From: Terriglobales bacterium
GTDB lineage: Bacteria > Acidobacteriota > Terriglobia > Terriglobales > Acidobacteriaceae
Direction of reading: 5' to 3'
Assembly: GCA_025451215.1 (NCBI GenBank)
Contig: JANWKU010000021.1
Location: forward strand, 5,075-69,074
DNA: 64,000 nt
Under the pieces are notes generated by a model that was given only the letters and a program-made list of their open reading frames with translations, was not told the origin of the DNA and did no database searches. Position numbers and translations under genes: made by a program. Shown piece after piece: positions 18,772-27,435 of the stretch (positions are counted from its first letter, which is position 1; every line of letters begins with the position of its first letter).

Positions 18772-19887
18772 ATGCTACTCACGATGCGCATCCTGATTCC
18801 ATTTTTTGCACTGTTCCTGGCCACAGCTCAAGGTCAAGAAACGCCACCAGCCGCAATTTTTCAACGTGCAATCTCCGAACAACAGCAGGGAGATTACAAG
18901 TCAGCGATACAAGATTATCGCGATTATTTGGCACAGCGCCCGAATACGGTTGAAGCGGAAGTCAACTTGGGCGCGGCACTCGCACACACGGGCCAATTCG
19001 ATGAAGCCATCAAATTGTATCTGGCCGCCCTGCCTTCTCTGACCTATAAAAACCCTGTTCTGCTTGATCTCGGTCTGGCTTATTTCAAAAAAGGCGACTT
19101 CAGCAATGCTCACGAGCAGTTTGCGGCTGTACACAATTTGCAGCCACGGGACCTGAAAGTTGCGATCCTTCTGGGCGATACGGACGTGAAATTAGGGAAA
19201 CCGGAAGATGCACTCGCCCTGCTTGAACCGTTTGATAAGGAAAATTCCAGCAACCTGGACCTCGAATATGTACAGGGGGAAGCTCTCATCAAGACTGGTC
19301 ATCTGCGGGACGGAGTGGCGCAGATGGAAAAGGTTGCGGAATCCGGAAATAGTGCGGACGCCTATCAGTTGGCTGGCGTAACTCTCCTACAATTGAACGA
19401 GTACGAGCGCGCTCGCCATGATCTGGAAGCCGCATTGCGTCTAAACCCCAAGCTGCCAGGCATCTACACGATGGTGGGCGAAGCCCGCGATAAGACTGGT
19501 GCGACGGCTGAGGCGGAGTCGGCTTTTCTTACGGCGTTACAGATTAGTCCAGATGATTTTGAAGCAAACCTCTATGTCGGCGGCATTCTCTATAAACGAA
19601 GAGATTTGGACAAAGCGAAGCCCTATCTGGACAAGGCCCTCAAACTCAAACCGACAGACACCATGGCGCGTTACGAATCCGCGATGGTAAAAAGTGCTTC
19701 CGGGCAATATGAAGCCGCCGCCCTTCAACTTGAACAATTGGTGAAGGACGATCCGGAATGGTTGGAGCCACACGTGGAGCTTGCGTCTTTGTATTACAAG
19801 CTGCATCGTCCTCAGGACGGCGCCAAAGAACGCGCAACTGTGGACCGCATCACGGCAGAACAACAGGCACGCGGCCCGGGCAAGTGA
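18772..19887 (+). CDS. TPR-repeat protein, secreted
   Basis: Signal peptide MLLTMRILIPFFALFLATAQG, then consecutive TPR units (YKSAIQDYRDYLAQRPNTVEAEVNLGAALAHTGQFDEAIKLY...). Confidence 0.8.
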   Translation: MLLTMRILIPFFALFLATAQGQETPPAAIFQRAISEQQQGDYKSAIQDYRDYLAQRPNTVEAEVNLGAALAHTGQFDEAIKLYLAALPSLTYKNPVLLDLGLAYFKKGDFSNAHEQFAAVHNLQPRDLKVAILLGDTDVKLGKPEDALALLEPFDKENSSNLDLEYVQGEALIKTGHLRDGVAQMEKVAESGNSADAYQLAGVTLLQLNEYERARHDLEAALRLNPKLPGIYTMVGEARDKTGATAEAESAFLTALQISPDDFEANLYVGGILYKRRDLDKAKPYLDKALKLKPTDTMARYESAMVKSASGQYEAAALQLEQLVKDDPEWLEPHVELASLYYKLHRPQDGAKERATVDRITAEQQARGPGK

Positions 19888-20013
19888 TCCAGCTTGTGAT
19901 GACCGGCGCAAACCATCTTATGAGAACTGCCAAATCTCTGATGTGCGTCGTGATAGGCATCCCATCAATTGAGGCGAGGCAAGTGGCGACCCGTTAGAAC
20001 CGCCTCCCCTTTA

Positions 20014-20160
20014 TTTTCGCTCGTATACATCGCTCTTGCCGTCCTCACCGATCACGGCCGACCCTGGACGAACGCTACGGTACATCAGCCTCTGACGAAT
20101 CCGAAATACGTTGGTTCGAACGTATACAACCGGAGATCGTTCCAACTTAATCTTAGGCGG
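20014..20160 (+). pseudogene. relic of a large serine recombinase ('Recombinase' domain fragment)
   Basis: The translation ...IALAVLTDHGRPWTNATVHQPLTNPKYVGSNVYNRRSFQLN... resembles the conserved GxxW-x4-V-xx-IL-x-N-x-x-Y-x-G motif of serine-recombinase family proteins. There is no catalytic N-domain, the piece is only about 50 aa, and it overlaps the 3' end of the convergent GH13 gene. Confidence 0.45.
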
Positions 20161-21679
20161 CTTTTTGTCCGTACTCTTCGGATTCCGCAGACTGCAAACG
20201 GATGAAATGATATCCCCAGGGATCTAGCGACACGTACAAACCGGAAGCACTCAAGATGCCTCCGTCGCGGTTTGCATAACTGCGATGGTTGATATCGTCA
20301 GAAAGATTCCAGTCCCGCGACGCCAAGTCACGCCAGGGGAGTTGCACCATACCCTGGCTAGGGAAATTTGAGTAGTTAATTACAGTTACCTGCCTCTGAT
20401 CACCGTTTGTCCAGCACCACGCCAGAAGGTTGAGATTGGATTGGTTGTCCGCCCATCCCCGGCACTCGCATAACCGCCACTCGCCTTGGAGCAGTTGCTG
20501 CTCGGCAACCAGGCGCAAAAGGCTGTCATAGAATTCCCGCAATCCTTCGTCCACTCGCTCCTGCGGGCGACGGCCGAGGTGGACAGAAAGTTTTATCCGC
20601 GCTCCCTCGAATTGTCCCTCATGAAGAAGTTTAGCCCCGGGTGTCGTCATAATGACAAGTGCCGCTGCGCGAGCTTGCTGCTCGCGGAATATCCCAGCAC
20701 ACCTCGGTTCATCATGATTCTCCAGAAAGCGGATCAGATGGTCCTGGTATTTTAAATCGGCAGTCAGATGTCCGCGCACGGAAAGAGCGTCTTCATGGAC
20801 CAACCGGTCGTACAGGCGTTTGTCATAACAAAAGTCAAACCCCTGTTGTTGCAATTCCCACTCCAGGTCCCAATATGCTTCGGCCACGAAAAGGAACGCG
20901 GGAGACTGCTGCCGCACTCTCTGGATTACCTCACTCCAGTATTCAGAACCCGGAACAGGGCCAGCCTGCTCGTTCCATGTACGGCTGAAGACTGAATTCA
21001 GTAGCAGCATGGCCATGTCGCAACGTACACCATCACACTGGCTTGCGATTTCATTGAGCGTGGATATAGCGGCCTGACGCAGACCCGGAGCAAAAGCATT
21101 AACCTGGACCGTGTCGGGCCATGCCGGGAAGTAAGGATCTCGCCCGCGGGCAAGCACAGCATTGCCCGCGGCTAGGAACGATGCCGGATCTCTACCCAGA
21201 TCTTCCTTGCTCCCATGTATGAAGTATTCGTTGTGCTCCATTACCCAGGGATGATCTGGTGCGACGTGGTTGGGCACAAAGTCCAGGAGAAGTCGCAGCT
21301 TGCGTTCCGCGAGTGCTTTGCGAGCGGCAGCCAACTCCGCCTTTCCACCTAAGTGCTCATCCACCACATATCTGTGAATGCAGTAGGGTGAACCGCTCAC
21401 GTCCTCTGGGGCAAAATCGGGCAACGTTCGCCGGCATTCCTCCTGCACTGCAGGCGTGTTCAGCGAGATCTCACGGCCGGCCGGGCTTCTCTCCCATACC
21501 CCCATGAGCCACACTGCATCAAAGCCCGAGTCGGCGAGCCGGTCCAACTCCCTCGCGGGAATACTCCCGAGTTGGATGGAGCGCCCATAGCGTCGACTAA
21601 GTTCATTGAGCCAGACCCAGGCATTGATTTCATAGATGATCGGCCTTCGCGGCCAAGCCTTCGTGATGTCTTCGGTCAT
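20153..21679 (-). CDS. alpha-amylase-family glycoside hydrolase (GH13)
   Basis: The four GH13 regions are present: LLLDFVPNH, GVRCDMAM (nucleophile Asp), FVAEAYWD (acid/base Glu), FLENHDEP. The ATG at 21679 is preceded by GGAGCC 5 nt upstream. The track ORF begins at a GTG at 21739. Confidence 0.85.
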   Translation of the reverse strand: MTEDITKAWPRRPIIYEINAWVWLNELSRRYGRSIQLGSIPARELDRLADSGFDAVWLMGVWERSPAGREISLNTPAVQEECRRTLPDFAPEDVSGSPYCIHRYVVDEHLGGKAELAAARKALAERKLRLLLDFVPNHVAPDHPWVMEHNEYFIHGSKEDLGRDPASFLAAGNAVLARGRDPYFPAWPDTVQVNAFAPGLRQAAISTLNEIASQCDGVRCDMAMLLLNSVFSRTWNEQAGPVPGSEYWSEVIQRVRQQSPAFLFVAEAYWDLEWELQQQGFDFCYDKRLYDRLVHEDALSVRGHLTADLKYQDHLIRFLENHDEPRCAGIFREQQARAAALVIMTTPGAKLLHEGQFEGARIKLSVHLGRRPQERVDEGLREFYDSLLRLVAEQQLLQGEWRLCECRGWADNQSNLNLLAWCWTNGDQRQVTVINYSNFPSQGMVQLPWRDLASRDWNLSDDINHRSYANRDGGILSASGLYVSLDPWGYHFIRLQSAESEEYGQKAA

Positions 21680-21788
21680 AGATGGCTCCTCTTCGCGGGA
21701 CTGCTTTTTCTCAACCGATTCTGAGGGGGCGCGTTTCACCTTATCGGCTCAACATGTCATCAATGAAACGCGATTGACGTTCTTTGAT

Positions 21789-24521
21789 TTATGCGGCACG
21801 CTTTTGTTCTGCTGACTTTTTGAAACCAAATGCTCCAGCTTTGCCAGCCTCAAGGAACGCAGCTCCATCAAGACGTCCGAATATGTCCATGAGTTTGGCG
21901 ACCAAACCGGTCCATCCAGTTTGGTGGCCGGCTCCCAGACCCGCACCGTTATCGCCGTGAAAATATTCGTAGAATAGAATGCAATCTTTCCAGTACGGAT
22001 CGGTTTGAAATTTCTCCGTCCCTCCGTACACCGGTCGTCTTCCGGATTTATCCCGCAAGAAGATATGGGCCAATCGATTGGCAATTTCCCGAGCCACTTC
22101 AAACAGATTCATCTTGTTGCCCGAGCCTGTTGGACATTCAATCTTGAAGCTGTCTCCATAATAAAGATAGAAGGACATCAGGGCGCGGATCAAAAGTGCA
22201 TTCACAGGCATCCAGATGGGCCCACGCCAGTTGGAATTTCCGCCGAACATCCCAGTATCGGACTCTGCCGGAAGATAGTTCACCTTATATTCCTGGCCAT
22301 CCACGTTGAAGACGTAGGGATGATCAGCGTGGTACCGAGAGAGGGCCCGAATGCCATAGGGACTAAGGAATTCCTTTTCATCCAGCATGCGCGAGAGAAT
22401 CCTGCGCAGTCGTTCCGGATTAACCAACGCAACAATGCCCCGATTGCCATATCCGAGATGACCGGGCCCGGTTGGGTGGATGCTCTCGCGCAGTTCGGGC
22501 ATCCGTTGCAAACGTTCCCTCGTAACCTCCATCAGTCGTGGCACCCGTTCGCGTTGCCAGGGCTCGATAACGGTCGTAGCGCAAAGAGGCAGCAGGCCCA
22601 CCATGGAACGGACTTTTAGACGCGTCGCGCGACCGTCGGGTAATCGCAGGACGTCGTAGTAGAACCCATCTTCTTCGTCCCACATGCCTTCCGCTCCGGT
22701 CTGATTCAAGGCCCGGGCAATCCAGAGGAAATGTTCGGCAAACTTGATGGCCATATCTTCAAAGTAAGAGTCGTGCGCGGCCAGCTCAACTGCGATCTCC
22801 AGCATGTTTTGGCAGAACAATGACACCCACGCGGTGCCGTCAGCCTGCTCCAGGTGGCCGCCCGTGGGCAGCGAAGCGCTGCGGTCAAAGACGCCGATGT
22901 TGTCCAGCCCCAGAAAGCCACCTTCAAAGAGGTTGTTGCCGAACCTGTCCTTGCGATTGACCCACCAACTGAAATTGAGCATAAGTTTCGCAAAGGACCG
23001 CTTCAGGAACTCGATATCTCCTTCACCCTTGAGCGCCTGTTCCGTCCGATACAAAAAGATGGTCGCCCAGGCGTGTACAGGGGGATTTACATCGCTGAAA
23101 TTCCATTCATAAGCAGGAATTTGGCCGGTCGGGTGCAGGAAGAACTCCTGCAACATCAACTCAAGTTGTTCTTTTGCGAAATCCACGTCCACCGTGGAAA
23201 GCGCGAGTGTGTGGAACGCCAGATCCCAGGCGGCATACCATGGATACTCCCACTTGTCCGGCATGGAAATCACATGTTCGTTGACCATGTGAAACCATTC
23301 GCTGTTGCGCATGGCATGCGTGCCCGGCCGCATCGGATCGGCACCGTGTTCTGCCAGCCACTTGTCCACGTCGAAGTTGAAATATTGTTTGCTCCACAAC
23401 ATTCCCGCCAACGCTTGGCGCATTACGCGGGCTTGATCTTCGCTCACCTGCTCTGGCGTGATGCTCCGATAAAATTCGTCCGCCTCGCGATGCCGATCCT
23501 GCATGCTTTTAGCAAAGTTTTTAAAGGGATCGCCGATCGCGGCCGGTGTCATGTCGCTGAGCCGCAGCCGGATCGTGGCAGTTTGCCCCGCATCCACGCT
23601 GAGATCGTATTGCGCGGCCGCTTTTGTACCTGCATGCGCAGGATTGACGGCGTCCCGCTTCCCATTTACGACGTAGTTGTTGATCCCATCCTTCACGTAA
23701 TGCGAGGCATTGGCTGTACCAAATATTTTCTCGTTGTTCGTTTCATTTTCCGTGAAGAGCAGAGCGGCCTCTCCTTCGCAGTATAGATATCGCTCGCCCA
23801 ATTGCGGATGTGTAGCAGCAATCACCTGCAAGCCATTTTTGCCGCCGATTTTTTGTAATAACGGTTTGATCTTATCCGGCCACCACGTCCAGGTATTGCG
23901 AAACAACAGGGTTGCCAAGACTTGGAGCGTGGCACGACTCGGGCCCCGATTGCTTACACTGATCTGAATTAGGATGTCTTCGGGACTGTGCTTTGCGTAC
24001 TCCACAAACACGTCGAAATAGCGGTCGCTATCGAAGATGCCTGTGTTCAGGAGCTCGTATTCCATGTCGCCACGGTTGCGCTGACTGCTTGTGGCCACCA
24101 AGTCATGATAAGGAAAGCTGGCTTGAGGATATTTGTACAGATACTTCATGTACGAATGTGTTGGCGTACTGTCTAGGTAGAAGTAATATTCTTTGACGTC
24201 TTCGCCGTGATTGCCTTCGTTATTGGTCAGTCCAAAGAGGCGCTCCTTAAGTATGGGGTCCTTGCCATTCCACAGCGCCAGGCTGAAACAAAGTAATTGA
24301 CGGTCATCGCTAATACCTGCGATGCCATCCTCACCCCAGTGATACGCGCGAGATCGTGCTTGCTCGTGGCTGAAGTAATTCCAGGCATTTCCATCCTGGC
24401 TGTAGTCCTCGCGCACCGTGCCCCACTGCCGCTCACTGAGGTAGGGTCCCCATTTTCTCCACGGCACTTTGTCATAACGGGCTGCGGCAAGCCGTTCTGT
24501 TTCCACGTTAGTGTTGAGCAT
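21789..24521 (-). CDS. GH63-like / MGH1-like glycoside hydrolase (putative glucosidase)
   Basis: 910-aa ORF. The N-terminus VPWRKWGPYLSERQWGTVREDYSQDGNAWNYF and later segments (GGFLGLDNIGVFDRS, NWRGPIWMPVNALLIRAL) match my memory of bacterial GH63-like 'glucosidase' proteins of about 900 aa. AAGGAG lies 8 nt upstream of the ATG. Confidence 0.7.
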   Translation of the reverse strand: MLNTNVETERLAAARYDKVPWRKWGPYLSERQWGTVREDYSQDGNAWNYFSHEQARSRAYHWGEDGIAGISDDRQLLCFSLALWNGKDPILKERLFGLTNNEGNHGEDVKEYYFYLDSTPTHSYMKYLYKYPQASFPYHDLVATSSQRNRGDMEYELLNTGIFDSDRYFDVFVEYAKHSPEDILIQISVSNRGPSRATLQVLATLLFRNTWTWWPDKIKPLLQKIGGKNGLQVIAATHPQLGERYLYCEGEAALLFTENETNNEKIFGTANASHYVKDGINNYVVNGKRDAVNPAHAGTKAAAQYDLSVDAGQTATIRLRLSDMTPAAIGDPFKNFAKSMQDRHREADEFYRSITPEQVSEDQARVMRQALAGMLWSKQYFNFDVDKWLAEHGADPMRPGTHAMRNSEWFHMVNEHVISMPDKWEYPWYAAWDLAFHTLALSTVDVDFAKEQLELMLQEFFLHPTGQIPAYEWNFSDVNPPVHAWATIFLYRTEQALKGEGDIEFLKRSFAKLMLNFSWWVNRKDRFGNNLFEGGFLGLDNIGVFDRSASLPTGGHLEQADGTAWVSLFCQNMLEIAVELAAHDSYFEDMAIKFAEHFLWIARALNQTGAEGMWDEEDGFYYDVLRLPDGRATRLKVRSMVGLLPLCATTVIEPWQRERVPRLMEVTRERLQRMPELRESIHPTGPGHLGYGNRGIVALVNPERLRRILSRMLDEKEFLSPYGIRALSRYHADHPYVFNVDGQEYKVNYLPAESDTGMFGGNSNWRGPIWMPVNALLIRALMSFYLYYGDSFKIECPTGSGNKMNLFEVAREIANRLAHIFLRDKSGRRPVYGGTEKFQTDPYWKDCILFYEYFHGDNGAGLGAGHQTGWTGLVAKLMDIFGRLDGAAFLEAGKAGAFGFKKSAEQKRAA

Positions 24522-24543
24522 TATGATTTCTCCTTGGCAGTTT

Positions 24544-24558
24544 CCACTCTCAGAGTGG
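24544..24558. promoter_or_regulatory. 15-bp palindrome CCACTCT-C-AGAGTGG in the leader of the GH63-like gene
   Basis: Read directly, 23-37 nt upstream of the ATG at 24521. The central gap is too short for a hairpin loop, so it is more likely a dimer-binding site if functional. Confidence 0.25.
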
Positions 24559-25060
24559 AGTTCAAGGTTGGCAACTATTGGCGGCTACAATCTCTTTGAG
24601 TGACTCCGGGGTAATTACACCGATGAGGAGTAGGTTGCGGGAACTGTCAAAAATAACTGGCAGGTAAGCATTCCTGTTGGACGGTTGTTTGCGAAGTTAG
24701 AAACCCGATACGATTAAATTACAAGAACCAACTTGCTATGCGCTCTTAAATTTTCGTGCTTCCTTCGTCTCCTTTCGAACCGCAGCTATGTAGATAGCCG
24801 GTTTTGTACCCGATTAGAACTCTCTTTCCACATGCGAAATCCTCCGAGTAATGCATTCGCATTGTCCTGGAATCGTTTTATCGGAATGCCTGTAGCCATT
24901 TTCGGTAATTTCACCGATCTTGCTGTTCAAACTGCTAGTTTTGTCAAGATATCGACGTTCTTATGATACCTGCATGGTTAGGGAAATAAGGTCATCTGAT
25001 CCCAGAATGACTTCTTACCCGCCCGACCGAATCACAGCTTTTCTTTTGCAAACTACTGCA

Positions 25061-25999
25061 ATGACCAGGATTGCCGTGACATGCGCGATCTGCCTCGTTT
25101 GTATCGACTGCTATAGCCAGGATCTCACCCCGAGGGCATACGTCGTCCTGCCAGTTCACACCGATGCCATGATCTTGACGTATTCGCATTTCAACGGCAG
25201 CATTCTCTTCGATCCGACGATTCCGATCACAAATGCCGAATCTCAAACAAATGCCTCCGCTATTAGTCTTTTTCATACGTTCAGTTTCTTTGGCCGGTCC
25301 GCCAGTTTGACTGGCACATTGCCTTACGGGGTGGGCCATTTTCAAGGGTTGGTTACGGGCGCCCCAACGGAATCGAACGTTTATCGTTCCGGCCTAGCTG
25401 ATGCCACATTTCGTTTCTCCGTAAATTTAAAAGGTGGACCGGCAATGGACCTGAACGAGTTCACGAAGTGGCGACAAAAAACTTTGCTGGGTACAAGCCT
25501 TACTCTAGTAGCACCGACTGGCCAATATGACGCAACCCGGCTCATCAATCAAGGTTCCAACCGCTGGGCTTTCAAACCCGAACTCGGTCTATCGCGCCGT
25601 TGGGGAAATTGGATATTTGACGCCTACGGGGCTGTTTGGTTCTTTACAACTAACCCTGAATTCTTCTCTCACAATGCATTGTTTTTGGGAACGAATACAA
25701 AATCAGAGGCACCTATCGGCGCTTTTGAAAGCCACATTAGTTACGATGTGAAACCTCGTCTTTGGGCCTCGCTCGATGCAAATTTTTGGACCGGCGGACG
25801 CACAAGCATCAATGGCGTAGAGAATCTTGGTACCTTGCAGAGAAATTCCCGCATTGGTTGCACAGTCTCGGTTCCAATACTCAATCACCAGGCAGTGAAA
25901 TTCAGTTACAACAATGGCGCCTATATCAGGTTTGGAGGCAACTATCAAAATGTTTCCGTCGCTTGGCAATACTCATGGCAAGGCAAACGGGGCCTGTGA
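25061..25999 (+). CDS. outer-membrane channel of the 'MetA-pathway of phenol degradation'-like transporter family
   Basis: The ATG at 25061 gives the signal peptide MTRIAVTCAICLVCIDCYSQ. The family-typical start DLTPRAYVVLPVHTDAMILTYSHFNGSILFDPTIPI is followed by alternating beta-strand pattern. The track ORF starts at 24920. Confidence 0.7.
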   Translation: MTRIAVTCAICLVCIDCYSQDLTPRAYVVLPVHTDAMILTYSHFNGSILFDPTIPITNAESQTNASAISLFHTFSFFGRSASLTGTLPYGVGHFQGLVTGAPTESNVYRSGLADATFRFSVNLKGGPAMDLNEFTKWRQKTLLGTSLTLVAPTGQYDATRLINQGSNRWAFKPELGLSRRWGNWIFDAYGAVWFFTTNPEFFSHNALFLGTNTKSEAPIGAFESHISYDVKPRLWASLDANFWTGGRTSINGVENLGTLQRNSRIGCTVSVPILNHQAVKFSYNNGAYIRFGGNYQNVSVAWQYSWQGKRGL

Positions 26000-26170
26000 G
26001 TTTGAAATTAAACACTTCGTTCGGACATGTACGTACACGCCTGAGTTATTTAGAATTTGAGCTCTCTCAAGGTTAAAGGTTTTCAGCACAAGCATGCGTT
26101 CCAGGACCTTCGGTAATGGTTATTGCTATGCGTTTAAGATCAACGAAGCCGCGGGAAGGCAGATCTCAAA

Positions 26171-26914
26171 TTACTGCTTTCCGCGTGAGGCGTTCGAAGG
26201 CGACTTAGCTTCTAGTGTTGAAAGAAGCTCTTGTGCACTAGGCGGTGGTTGTACACTACCGGAAAATATCTCTTTCCCGTCCACCTTCTTCCCATACAGG
26301 TTCTCGTTGGCTCCGGCATCGGGCGCAAGAGTACTTCCCGAGAGCGAAACTCCTGCAAACGCACCTTGTGAACGCGAGTAGGAAAGCATCTCGGCACTCA
26401 TGGTAGCGGTCGTAGAAGCCTCTGCGGTACGCCCAACCGGCCCTGCGGCGATGCTGGCATCCGCACCCAACTTTGCTCTCCCATTCATCACGGCACGGGC
26501 GCCTTTGTCATTCATTACCAAAATTACATAGTCGGTAGCTTGGGCGCCGGCCTGCAAGCCAAAACTTCCACCACTCGATCGCATCATGATCGGCGCGCTC
26601 CAGGCTCCGTTGAAGTTTTCTCCGCTTCGACACGTCATAATGCCACGACCGTAGGACGCGCCGATAATGAATCCCGCTTTTTTAACGGACGGCAAAACGA
26701 TAATGCACTCCGCCTTATTTACCAGGTTAATGGGAACTCCGTTGGGTCCGTTGAGCAAATCTTTGAGCACATTTCCTGAATCTTTCACTCTATCTTGCTC
26801 AGTAGCTTTGTCATCTGCTCTACCAAGCAATGGTGTCAGGACGCACAAAAGAATGGCGATACTGATTGTCCACCATGTATTTGCAAATTGATGGTAAGTT
26901 TTATCGTTACTCAT
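26171..26914 (-). CDS. lipid-binding SYLF (Ysc84/DUF500) domain protein, secreted
   Basis: GFIIGASYGRGIMTCRSG...WSAPIMMRSSGGSFGLQAGAQATDYVILVMNDKGARAVMNGRAKLGADASIAAGPVGR...MLSYSRSQGAFAGVSLSGSTL is the SYLF pattern. The ATG at 26914 gives a TM/signal segment (WWTISIAILLCVLTPLLGRA). Confidence 0.8.
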   Translation of the reverse strand: MSNDKTYHQFANTWWTISIAILLCVLTPLLGRADDKATEQDRVKDSGNVLKDLLNGPNGVPINLVNKAECIIVLPSVKKAGFIIGASYGRGIMTCRSGENFNGAWSAPIMMRSSGGSFGLQAGAQATDYVILVMNDKGARAVMNGRAKLGADASIAAGPVGRTAEASTTATMSAEMLSYSRSQGAFAGVSLSGSTLAPDAGANENLYGKKVDGKEIFSGSVQPPPSAQELLSTLEAKSPSNASRGKQ

Positions 26915-27435
26915 AAAGAATTTCCTTCCTTCCGCAGCGGGATTTGGGACGCACACCCGAACGCACTGAGTTTGTTTCACGCTCCCTTAGAAAGTAACTG
27001 TCAACTGTGCCAGCCCTGAAAATGGAAATTCTCTCAATTCTTAATGCGCAGAATTACCAAATACCAAAAAAAACGAGGGAAAAGGCGTTGCCGATGGGCA
27101 TTGGCATGCGTTCAGGACCGTTCAACACTCATTTTTAATTCTCAATTTCACGCTGCGATTTGCTGACGGACATGGCACACATTCGGCGTCAGTCATGCTT
27201 TTGTCGGACATACCGTTCTTACTGGCAACATCGACAGTGCGATAGGGCGAACCCTTCGTAGTAGGCTGCAAAAAGAATCGAAGCCATTCCCATAGCGCGT
27301 TAAAGACTCAAAGATCAGAAAACGCTGCTATCGGCCGATGTCATGCGATTCATTCAAACAACGCGTTCCAATATGTTATCGGCGCGGGGTGTAACGCCTG
27401 TATGAAGTGCCTTCGCAAGGCGAGAAGAGTGAACG

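Noticed and set aside
19969-20205. 78-aa ORF as an intact gene
   Set aside because: It has a TTG start and no ribosome-binding site, it overlaps the GH13 3' end, and only its middle resembles a recombinase domain. It is treated as a relic (see features and findings), not a gene.
22854-23786. 310-aa plus-strand ORF inside the GH63-like gene
   Set aside because: It is a shadow ORF opposite a well-supported 910-aa gene, with no recognisable motifs.
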